This document shows positions 39,725 through 48,019 of a DNA stretch of 64,000 nucleotides, piece by piece (the stretch's first letter is position 1; every line of letters begins with the position of its first letter). Under the pieces are notes generated by a model. The model worked only from the letters and a program-made list of their open reading frames with translations, made no database searches and was not told the origin of the DNA. Origin of the DNA: an uncultured Acidobacteriaceae bacterium (lineage in GTDB: Bacteria; Acidobacteriota; Terriglobia; Terriglobales; Acidobacteriaceae); NCBI GenBank assembly GCA_963773675.1, contig CAVZCG010000016.1, forward strand, positions 232,745 to 296,744. Reading direction: 5' to 3'. Both the position numbers and the translations under genes were made by a program.

Positions 39725-40069
39725 TCAGTTCGGCCCCTTCATCTTGTCCTTCACGCTGTGGGCCAGCTTCTCGATCTCCTCAGCCTTCTTCAGCACGTCG
39801 ACCGAAAGCACGTTTTCATTCGACTTGTCCACGTATTCTTTCAGCTCCCCGGCCAGCTTCACCAGCTTGTCGGTATCGGCCTTGAGCGCGGCCTGCCGCT
39901 GCAGATTGATTCTCCTGGCCAGTTCGCTGGAGATGCGATCCCGGGTCGCGTCGTCCGCAGTCGGTGCTGCGTCGATCCTCTGCGACGGTCCCTGATGGGT
40001 TTGCGCCGCTCCCGGTATCGGGAGCCACAAAAACAGAAACAGACTGCAAGCCAACCATTTCGCTCGCAC
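39725..40069 (-). CDS. secreted hypothetical protein
   Basis: 114 aa. Signal peptide MRAKWLACSLFLFLWLPIPGAAQ followed by a helical, charged remainder. Confidence 0.4.
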   Translation of the reverse strand: MRAKWLACSLFLFLWLPIPGAAQTHQGPSQRIDAAPTADDATRDRISSELARRINLQRQAALKADTDKLVKLAGELKEYVDKSNENVLSVDVLKKAEEIEKLAHSVKDKMKGPN

Positions 40070-40335
40070 GGTGTCCTCGAAACGGACGCGATCGTTCTGC
40101 CCGTTCCTAAAGTATGGCCATTTTTCTTGGAGACAGCAACGGAAATTGCTCAGGATAAAAGAAGGTCCCAGGAGGGATGCAGTCGGGAAAATTCGAAAGG
40201 AGTTAAGGAGGGGAGGCTCGGGAAGCGATGGCGGAAAAGCTCCTGGTTTGGGAAAGCCTCAGGAAAGGGGAAGGGACGGGAAGGGAAGCTACGGAAGACT
40301 TGGAAGACTTGGAAAGTTTGGGGAGGGGAGGGCTC

Positions 40336-40401
40336 GGGAAGGGCACGACTTTAGTCGTGCCGCCTCCGCGCCAAAATTGACTGCGGCTTTAGCCGCTGAG
40401 G
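40336..40401. repeat. REP-like double-hairpin element (family A)
   Basis: GGGAAGGGCACGACTTTAGTCGTGCC plus GCGGCTTTAGCCGCTGAGG, immediately 3' of the rho stop codon. Confidence 0.8.
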
Positions 40402-40412
40402 TTAGCCGTCGC

Positions 40413-41663
40413 CTACAGCGAACTCATGTTCGACAAGAACTCGCCATTCGACTTCGTTTTGCTCAACTTGTCGATCAGCAACTCCATCGCTTCCACCGGC
40501 GAGAGCGGGTTCAGCACCTTCCGCAGCACCCATATTCGCGACAGATCTTCCCGCGGGATCAGCAACTCTTCCTTACGCGTGCCCGAGCGCTGTATGTCGA
40601 TCGCCGGGAACACGCGCTTATCCACCAGCTTTCGCTCGAGTATAATTTCCGAATTGCCCGTGCCTTTGAACTCTTCAAAGATCACGTCATCCATGCGCGA
40701 CCCGGTATCGATCAGCGCCGTCGCGATAATCGTCAGCGACCCGCCTTCTTCAATATTTCGCGCCGAGCCAAAGAACCGCTTCGGCCGCTGCAACGCGTTC
40801 GAATCCACGCCGCCCGATAGCACCTTGCCCGAGGGCGGAACAATCGTGTTGTAAGCTCGCGCCAACCGCGTAATCGAATCCAGCAGAATCACCACATCGC
40901 GCTTGTGCTCGACCAGTCGCTTCGCCTTCTCGATCACCATCTCCGCAACTTGCACGTGGCGCGCCGCAGGTTCATCGAACGTAGACGAAATTACCTCGCC
41001 CTTCACTGACCGCTGCATGTCCGTCACTTCTTCCGGACGCTCGTCGATCAGCAGCACCATCAGCACCACTTCCGGATGATTCGTCGTAATCGAGTTAGCC
41101 ACATTCTGCAGCAACATCGTCTTGCCGGCGCGCGGCGGAGAAACAATCAGCCCGCGCTGTCCCTTACCAAGCGGTGTCAGCAAATCCATCACCCGCGCGC
41201 TCGAGTTTTCCCGCGTCGTCTCCAGCTTCAGCCGCTCCTGCGGATACAGCGGCGTCAAATTGTCGAACAGAATCTTGTTGCGCGCTTCGTCGGGCGACTC
41301 AAAATTCACCGCCTCGATCTTCACCAGCGCAAAATATTTCTCGCCCTCATGCGGAGGCCTTACCTGCCCGCTGATCGTGTCACCGGTTTTCAGATCAAAC
41401 TTGCGAATTTGCGACGGCGACACATAAATGTCATCCGGCCCGGGCAAATAGTTGTAGTCCGGCGACCGCAGAAAGCCGTAGCCGTCCGGCAGTATTTCCA
41501 GCACGCCTTCGGCAAAAATGTGTCCTTCTTTTTCGCTCTGCGCCTGCAAGATTTTAAAGATGAGGTCCTGCTTGCGCAGTCCGCTGGCACCGGGCAGCTC
41601 CAGGGTCCTTGCGATCTTGGTCAGCTCGGTGATGTTCTTTTCTTTTAGTTCAGCAATGGTCAT
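40413..41663 (-). CDS. rho: transcription termination factor Rho
   Basis: N-terminal [21 protein letters not shown]-binding domain [14 protein letters not shown], Walker A SPPRAGKT, Walker [11 protein letters not shown], and C-terminal RKEELL. Confidence 0.95.
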   Translation of the reverse strand: MTIAELKEKNITELTKIARTLELPGASGLRKQDLIFKILQAQSEKEGHIFAEGVLEILPDGYGFLRSPDYNYLPGPDDIYVSPSQIRKFDLKTGDTISGQVRPPHEGEKYFALVKIEAVNFESPDEARNKILFDNLTPLYPQERLKLETTRENSSARVMDLLTPLGKGQRGLIVSPPRAGKTMLLQNVANSITTNHPEVVLMVLLIDERPEEVTDMQRSVKGEVISSTFDEPAARHVQVAEMVIEKAKRLVEHKRDVVILLDSITRLARAYNTIVPPSGKVLSGGVDSNALQRPKRFFGSARNIEEGGSLTIIATALIDTGSRMDDVIFEEFKGTGNSEIILERKLVDKRVFPAIDIQRSGTRKEELLIPREDLSRIWVLRKVLNPLSPVEAMELLIDKLSKTKSNGEFLSNMSSL

Positions 41664-41776
41664 GATTCACCTAAACCCGATTCACTCAAACGGAAAGTTT
41701 CAGCGTTTTCGGGAGATTTTCAAAGGAGGGTATTCAGGGAAGACAAAACACCACGAGGCAGGCGGGCGGGGCTGTT

Positions 41777-41992
41777 TTATGCAGCCCGCCGTTGTGCCTC
41801 GGCAAAATTCTCTGGCTCCGACAGGATTTCCTGTCGCTCCGCGCCTGCGATCCGGTCCAACACTCCATTCATTGTTTCCTGAATTCTGGTGCTGGGCCGA
41901 TGGAACTTCCGCGTGGCCTTGGAGGCGAGCTGGCAAAGCATATAACGATTCCGTAATGTCTGTAAAGCGTCAAACACACGATCCGATCGCAT
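41777..41992 (-). CDS. possible RNA polymerase omega-like small protein
   Basis: 71 aa. RNRYMLCQLASKATRKF resembles the RpoZ core NRF-x-L-x3-A-x-R-A-x-Q. Same strand as rho and upstream of it. Weak call. Confidence 0.35.
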   Translation of the reverse strand: MRSDRVFDALQTLRNRYMLCQLASKATRKFHRPSTRIQETMNGVLDRIAGAERQEILSEPENFAEAQRRAA

Positions 41993-42289
41993 GTGTGTCT
42001 TTCCCCTTCCTTATAAGTATGGGCATCCGCTTTCGCCCTGGTCCCTCGTAGAATCGTAACAAACCCACGCTGCGTTCTAAGTTGCTGATTCTACTAAGAT
42101 TTTTAGGAGTTAGCGCAATTCCCTACTCAGAATAGATGCGCGACCGCACTCCGAAGATGCTCACTTTTCCTGATTGGACTCGCGGTCGAGGTAACTCAGA
42201 ACGAACCTTGAGGCTTCGGAATGTCCCTGGAACTAAACAATGTACTCGGAATGCCCAAACCGGTCAATACCTTTTACGTATCTTTACCG

Positions 42290-42581
42290 GTTCCCCGGGT
42301 TCCCCGTCCTCGTCTCTCCAGCGGCGAGACCGGCGAGGAATCTGCTGTTGTGTTGGGATCGTTCAACTCATGCGAGCGGACCCCCGCATCTGATTTTGGG
42401 TGGCGCAGCGCCTTCAGCGCTGCGATCAAGACCATTCATCTAGAACAGGGCTTCAGCCCCCGAGGCCCGGCCATTGCACGCTTCATCAGCCGAGCGCGCA
42501 AACCGCACCAACCCCACTCCAGCCCCGCAGGGGCGGCAGATCACAGCCCCGGACGTAAGCGCGGGGTAAGTTCACGAAATC
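42290..42581. repeat. mosaic of partial REP/MITE modules
   Basis: CTCCAGCGGCGAGACCGGCGAGGAATCTGCTGTTG (42317-42351) matches a module of the downstream tandem units. 42393-42465 is a family-B double hairpin. 42500-42570 is another short module (CCCGCAGGGGCGGCAGATCACAGCCCCGGACGTAAGCGCGGGGTAAG). Confidence 0.7.
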
Positions 42582-43500
42582 GGGAAGGGCACGACTTCCA
42601 GTCGTCCCAATATCGCGCCCCCTCCATCAACCTTGTCATTCCGAGCCCGTCGTAGCCGCGACCAGCGGCGAGGACGGCGAGGAATCCGCTGTTGCCGAAG
42701 CCATCTATGACGCGGGTGCCCCACCTCTCGCCTCTTTTGCGAAACGTGGGAACCACGACCGTCCGCAGCGCTGTTCTTGCCCTTGGCGTTGCCCGTGTGG
42801 AGCGGACACTCTTGTCCGCTGCCTTTGACGTTGCTCCTGATCTTGATTTAGTCCTGCCCGCAAACAGGCCCGTGATAACACCGTGGAAGAGCGGTGCTTC
42901 CAGCGCCGCGTAAAGTTCCAGAAAATGACGCGGGCTTCAGCCCCCGAGAAGATAGCGCCGGGAAGGGCACGACCTTCAGTCGTGCCAATATCGCATCCCC
43001 TCCATCAACCTTGTCATTCCGACCCCTTCGCAGCCGCGTCCAGCGGCGAGACCGGCGAGGAATCTGCTTTCGCTGGAAGCCGTCTAAGACTGGGGTGCCC
43101 CATCTTTCGCCTCTTTTGCGAAAGGTGGGAACCACGCCCGCCCGCAGCGCCGTTGTTGCCGTTGCCCGTGTGGAGCGGACACTCTTGTCCGCTGCCTTTG
43201 ACGTTGCTCCTGATCTTGATTTAGTCCTGCCCGCAACGGACCGTGATAATACCGTGGAAGAGCGGCGCCTTCAGCGCCGCGTAAAGTTTGAGAAATGATG
43301 CGGGCTTCAGCCCATGAGGAGCCAGCGACGGGAAGGGCACGACCTTCAGTCGTGCCAATATCGCGTCCCCTTCATCAACCTTGTCATTCCGAGCCCTTCG
43401 TAGCCGCGTCCAGCGGCGAGACCGGCGAGGAATCCGCTGTTGCCGGAAGCCATCCAAGACTGGGGTGCCCCATTTCTCGCTTCCTTTGCGAGAAGTGGGG
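42582..43500. repeat. tandem array of a ~375-bp composite repeat (2 full copies plus 1 partial)
   Basis: Units start with GGGAAGGGCACGAC at 42582, 42960 and 43330 (378 and 370 bp apart). Each full unit concatenates the same hairpin modules in the same order, with scattered substitutions. Confidence 0.9.
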
Positions 43501-43531
43501 CCTTTCGCCGCCGGGATCGCGCATCGTCACC

Positions 43532-43651
43532 ATGCGCCTCGACGCCGACCTGCTCCGCTGCTTCCGCCAACAGCGCGGCTACCAAACCCGCATCAATGCC
43601 ATCCTGCGCGCTTACATGAAGGCCAGTCCACGGTTTAGGAGGGTGCTATGA
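43532..43651 (+). pseudogene. remnant of a BrnA/DUF4415-type antitoxin C-terminus
   Basis: MRLDADLLRCFRQQRGYQTRINAILRAYMKA matches the conserved C-terminal RHH-like end of BrnA-family antitoxins (…IRLDADVLEWFK…GYQTRINAVLRAYM…). Only 39 codons remain and there is no partner toxin. Confidence 0.45.
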
Positions 43652-43697
43652 CTCCAGGCCCAGCAGGACACTCCAGCTAAGCGTGCTGGTACCCTGA

Positions 43698-44426
43698 TTA
43701 CGCCTCGTCCTTATTCGCTTTACCCGCGCCAGATTCTTTGGGCAGTCGCATGGTTTTTTCAGCGAGAAGGTAGACCGTATTCAACAAGTGCTCGACTACA
43801 TCAAAGGCAAGGTTCAATTCGTCAGACTTATGGCCCTTCACTTTATGGGCGGCTTCGTTACCCATGAATCGCAAATCGTGCAGGACCGTTGCCTCTTGTT
43901 GTGTAATCAGTTTTAGGGTGACCAGTGAATTAATTTTCTGGAACAGGTTAGCCCCAGTTGCACCCCTATCGTTACAAACCGTCTCAACTATCGCGCGAAT
44001 GCCAATTCCGGTAAGGACTGGCAGGCCTTGCATGAGCGCCGATCTGGCTTCTTCATAGATTTTCTGAAGCTCCCATGGGAGATAATAGATGTCGCCTAAT
44101 GGAGGGCGCCCGGCGATCCGGCCAGGGAACAGATCCCTTCGGGTGAGCAACTGACCTTCGGGGTCGGAATCCTCGCTGCACTGTGACTCCTTACAGAAAC
44201 TCAGAGTGAGACAACCCCGGCATTGCACAATCGAGTACGACTCCCACACCTGAATATCACCACTATCGTTTTCGTCGTCTGACGCAACGTTCGTGAGAAT
44301 TTCGTGGACGGTCGAACGACTGCATTCGCCACAAACGACGACGATGGTTTTGCCGCTTCTGTTGTTCAATGTGCGCTTCGCTGTGTGGCTCATCTTCACC
44401 TCGTTAGTGTTGCCGGACGAAATCAA
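43698..44426 (-). CDS. zinc-ribbon + DUF4145 domain protein (paralogue 2)
   Basis: N-terminal CGEC...CRGC ribbon. Helical C-terminal domain with LRFMGNEAAH, the (R/K)xxGNxxAH core also present in the neighbouring gene and in the HsdR N-terminus. Locally AT-richer than its surroundings by eye. Confidence 0.7.
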   Translation of the reverse strand: MISSGNTNEVKMSHTAKRTLNNRSGKTIVVVCGECSRSTVHEILTNVASDDENDSGDIQVWESYSIVQCRGCLTLSFCKESQCSEDSDPEGQLLTRRDLFPGRIAGRPPLGDIYYLPWELQKIYEEARSALMQGLPVLTGIGIRAIVETVCNDRGATGANLFQKINSLVTLKLITQQEATVLHDLRFMGNEAAHKVKGHKSDELNLAFDVVEHLLNTVYLLAEKTMRLPKESGAGKANKDEA

Positions 44427-44536
44427 AAACCTGTGCCGGCTGCCGCCATTCCTTAAGACCGGAAAGCTCGTAGTGTCCGCGTCAATGATGCCTCTTTGGG
44501 TACAATTTCACTACTTCCGGACGGAGAAACCCCGCC

Positions 44537-45169
44537 CTAGGCTGGCCCCACTGCCCCGGACTTCTTTCTGTATTTTTGGAGCAGAAATGGAGCGACATAT
44601 ACGTACTCGGCTAGAGCACGAAAAAACTCCTCCATTGCCCATGTCATAGGCACCGTAAGTTTCTGGGTCGTGTTGTGTGCCCCAGAGTTGCCAAGACTGC
44701 GAAGTACCGAGGTTATCTCGGCGAGTACTGGCGGAATCTCGCCCTTATTGGCGAGCGTCTCCAGACGCTTCGCTAGGACTCCGGGTGGGACACCGCGGTC
44801 GTCGCACATTGCTTCTAACGCACGCCGAACCAGCACGGCAAATGCATTCGGCGAAATGTTCTGAATTCTTTTCGCCTCTTCGAAATTGGAAGCCACTGAA
44901 CGCGGGACGGACTCGTGTAGCGAGGCCCTATCAGGGTAAACGAGCGTCGCGAAATCAAATCCCGGTGGCAAGGGGCCGTCGTAGAGTGAGATATCATGGC
45001 ACGTTCCGCATTCGAAAGCTGTATAGATCGAAGGCGGGTCCGGCCCTTCGCTCAGGGTGCCATCTTCGTTGTAATAGCGGCTATCGTACTCGTGCTCGAA
45101 CACAACCTTTTGTGGGGTTTGATTACCACAGTGCGGGCAGATTAGAATACGCGACTTTTCAGCGTCCAT
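44537..45169 (-). CDS. zinc-ribbon + DUF4145 domain protein (paralogue 1)
   Basis: N-terminal CPHCG...CGTC ribbon. C-terminal helical domain EEAKRI...AFAVLVRRALEAMC...LRSLGNSGAH. Confidence 0.7.
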   Translation of the reverse strand: MDAEKSRILICPHCGNQTPQKVVFEHEYDSRYYNEDGTLSEGPDPPSIYTAFECGTCHDISLYDGPLPPGFDFATLVYPDRASLHESVPRSVASNFEEAKRIQNISPNAFAVLVRRALEAMCDDRGVPPGVLAKRLETLANKGEIPPVLAEITSVLRSLGNSGAHNTTQKLTVPMTWAMEEFFRALAEYVYVAPFLLQKYRKKSGAVGPA

Positions 45170-45207
45170 AACATTTCCTCGGACGGCGTCGACGGGAGGT
45201 CATCGCG

Positions 45208-47361
45208 CTACTCCTTCACCCCCAGCTGCCAAAACAAAAACGAATACACATCCGTGAACTCTTCAATCTGCTTGGTCACCGGTTTCCCCGCGCCATGCCC
45301 CGCCTTCGATTCGATTCTTAACAAAATCGGACGCGTCTTGCTCGCTCCATTCTTCGCTTCATCTTGCATCTCCGCCGCCATTTTCTTCGCGTGCATGGGA
45401 TCGACGCGCGTATCCGTATCCGCCGTCATGAACAAGATCGCGGGATATTCCGTTCCCGCCTTCACGTGGTGATACGGCGAATAGGCATAGAGCCACTTGA
45501 ACTGCTCGGGATTGTCGGCACTGCCGTATTCCGGAATCCACAACTTGGCGATCTGGAAATTCTGGTAGCGCAGCATGTCGAGCAGCGGAACCTGGCACAC
45601 CACGGCGCGAAACAGATCCGGGCGCTGCGTGATCATCGCTCCCATCAGCAGCCCGCCATTCGAGCCGCCCTGAATCGCCAGATGATCCGTGTCTGTATAT
45701 TTTTCCGCAATCAGATGTTCCGCGGCCGCGATCATGTCATCGAAAACATTCTGCTTCTTGTCGAGCATTCCGGCGCGATGCCAGTCTTCGCCAAACTCCG
45801 CACCGCCGCGTAAATTCGCAACTGCATAAACTCCGCCATGCTCCATCCACAAATACGCTGTGCGGCTGAACGAGGGCGTCAGGCTCACGTTGAATCCGCC
45901 ATACGCTGTGAGCAGCGTGGGATTATGCCCGTCTTTCTTCAATCCCTTTTTGTTGACGATGAACATGGGCACGCGCGTCCCATCCTTCGAGTGGAACCAC
46001 TCCTGATTCACCTCGTAGGCCGCGGGATCGATCGCCGGCGCATCCACCTTGGCCCATAGCGTGGTTGCTTTGGTCTTCAGGTTGTAACGGTAAACCGTGG
46101 GAGGAACCGTGAAGGACATGAACCCATAAAAGATTTCGTCGCGATCCCACTTCCCGTCCGACTGGTAAACCGTTCCGATCGAGGGCAGCATGAGATCGCT
46201 GAGATGATCTCCATTCAGATCGAAAATCTTGAGCTGGGAAGTTGCATTCTGCTCGTACTGCGCAAACAATTTCCCGCCCCACACCGACGCGCCCTGTAAA
46301 ACCGCATCGCTCTGCGGAATGATTTCTCTCCAGTCGTCGCGCTCGTAGTTGCCCGCTTCCGCTGCGAAGACGCGGTAACGCGGCGCATCTTCATTGGTGA
46401 CGATGTAAAGCCTGCCGTTATAAATGCTCCCGCCATATAGAAAATTCTTGCCGGTAGTAATGCGCTCGGGCGGCGTGCCCTTTTTCAAATCCATCAGGTA
46501 CAACTCGGTCTTGGTCCAGCCCTCCTGCACCGTGATCAACAGCAAGCGTCCATCGTTGTCGAGACTCACGCCGGGCCAGTCTTCCGGATCGCGACCCTCG
46601 CCAAAAATTTTCGTATCGGTCTCGGGATCGGTTCCCAGTTCGTGATAGAACACGTGCCGGTTGTACATCTCCTGGCCTTCGGGGACGTCTCCCTTCTTCG
46701 GATAGCGCGTGTAATAAAAACCGGAGTTGTCGAGCAGCCAGGCAATGCTCGCCGCGCGGGTGCGCTCGATTGTGTCGGGAAGCATTTTGCCGGTCTTGGT
46801 TTCAATGATGTGCAGCGTGCTCATCTCCGATCCACTCGGCGACGTGCCGTACGCCAGATATTTTCCATTCTCCGAAGGCTGGTACCAATCGAGCGCAATC
46901 GTTCCATCCGCTGCCAGTTGATTCACATCCACCAGCACGCGATCTTTTCCATCGTTTTTTCCCTCGACTCCGCCTTCGCGCACATAAACGATGGGCTGGT
47001 TCTGCATCCCTTCGCGGCGTGTATAGAAATAATATTTTCCGCCAATCAACGGCGCGCTGATGCTTCCGATGCTCAGCAATTCTGTCAGCCGCTTGTGAAT
47101 CGCATCCCGCCCGGGCAGCGGATCGAGCAGAGAGTTGGTGTACGCCATCTCCGCCGCTACCCACTTCTGCGTCTCCGGACTGTCGGCATCTTCCAGCCAG
47201 CGGTAGTTATCGACAATCTTCACGCCATGCAGCGCCTCCTCCAGCGGACGCTTCTCCGCCTTCGGCACCGTCGCACTCGCCGTAGTTTTCACATCGTCCC
47301 CCGCAAACACCGCACCCAGCAGAAGAAGAACCGAAGCCACAATCAACCCCGCTGCACTCAT
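45208..47361 (-). CDS. prolyl oligopeptidase (S9A serine peptidase), secreted
   Basis: Signal peptide after ATG 47361, beta-propeller region, and catalytic GGSNGGLL. The ORF-track extension to 47556 reads through the tRNA gene and is spurious. Confidence 0.9.
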   Translation of the reverse strand: MSAAGLIVASVLLLLGAVFAGDDVKTTASATVPKAEKRPLEEALHGVKIVDNYRWLEDADSPETQKWVAAEMAYTNSLLDPLPGRDAIHKRLTELLSIGSISAPLIGGKYYFYTRREGMQNQPIVYVREGGVEGKNDGKDRVLVDVNQLAADGTIALDWYQPSENGKYLAYGTSPSGSEMSTLHIIETKTGKMLPDTIERTRAASIAWLLDNSGFYYTRYPKKGDVPEGQEMYNRHVFYHELGTDPETDTKIFGEGRDPEDWPGVSLDNDGRLLLITVQEGWTKTELYLMDLKKGTPPERITTGKNFLYGGSIYNGRLYIVTNEDAPRYRVFAAEAGNYERDDWREIIPQSDAVLQGASVWGGKLFAQYEQNATSQLKIFDLNGDHLSDLMLPSIGTVYQSDGKWDRDEIFYGFMSFTVPPTVYRYNLKTKATTLWAKVDAPAIDPAAYEVNQEWFHSKDGTRVPMFIVNKKGLKKDGHNPTLLTAYGGFNVSLTPSFSRTAYLWMEHGGVYAVANLRGGAEFGEDWHRAGMLDKKQNVFDDMIAAAEHLIAEKYTDTDHLAIQGGSNGGLLMGAMITQRPDLFRAVVCQVPLLDMLRYQNFQIAKLWIPEYGSADNPEQFKWLYAYSPYHHVKAGTEYPAILFMTADTDTRVDPMHAKKMAAEMQDEAKNGASKTRPILLRIESKAGHGAGKPVTKQIEEFTDVYSFLFWQLGVKE

Positions 47362-47479
47362 CCCACACCTCGCAACCCGATAGCCTACCAAACTCTCGCC
47401 CCGCAGGTTTTCACCCGCCCTCCAAAATGTTATGATTGAAGCGCTCAAGAAGCGCGCGCTCCGCGCGCGCTTCCCCACA

Positions 47480-47555
<76 letters not shown>

Positions 47556-47655
47556 TTCTTTCAATCAGTTACGAATCTCAAGAACAAAACTTCGCCGCAC
47601 TTCGCCGCATTTGAGATAAAACGTTGAGGTTATGCCAGCCGGTTGGGCTCGCCCG

Positions 47656-47973
47656 TCAGGGTCGCGGCCGGGATTGGGCGATGGCATTGCGTACAGCGTT
47701 TTCGATTCGAACTCCCCTACGGGTGAACCCGAGTATGGGTACGATCTCAGCAATGATCTGGTCATCAGTTCTCAACTGACCATACAAACCGATCCAACTG
47801 ACCAGTTGGATCAATTCACTACTGCGATACTCGCCAATCGAGGTACGTACTGGAATTGGAAGACGAGGACCTCGTTGAGGTGCTGGGGATGCCGTGCTGT
47901 GATGATCACCGTTGCCATGATTCGATTCATCGAATTGTTCGGATGTCGTAATCATTGGGTCCTTTTTGTGCAA
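47656..47973 (-). CDS. hypothetical protein, possibly a gene remnant
   Basis: 105-aa ORF. Only the C-terminal ~45 aa (TDDQIIAEIVPILGFTRRGVRIENAVRNAI) look like a folded helical module; the rest is low-complexity. Confidence 0.3.
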   Translation of the reverse strand: MHKKDPMITTSEQFDESNHGNGDHHSTASPAPQRGPRLPIPVRTSIGEYRSSELIQLVSWIGLYGQLRTDDQIIAEIVPILGFTRRGVRIENAVRNAIAQSRPRP

Positions 47974-48019
47974 TAGATCTCATTCTGGGGTAGCATAATC
48001 GGTCCCCCAATGAAAACTT

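Noticed and set aside
42582-43500. Possible CRISPR array (regular repeats).
   Set aside because: The repeat period is about 375 bp, and the whole unit is repeated with no unique spacers. There are no cas genes. The 34-bp cyd repeats (16498-16621) are directly tandem without spacers.
42136-43651. ORFs of 70-144 aa inside the repeat mosaic (for example 42221-42655, 42894-43298, 43295-43651, and minus-strand 42848-43135 and 43221-43457).
   Set aside because: They are translations of the REP/MITE modules. The same peptide fragments (…EGHDFSRA…, …VPHLSPLLRKVGT…) recur in each tandem unit in several frames. Only the last 39 codons of 43295-43651 look like a real (remnant) coding sequence.
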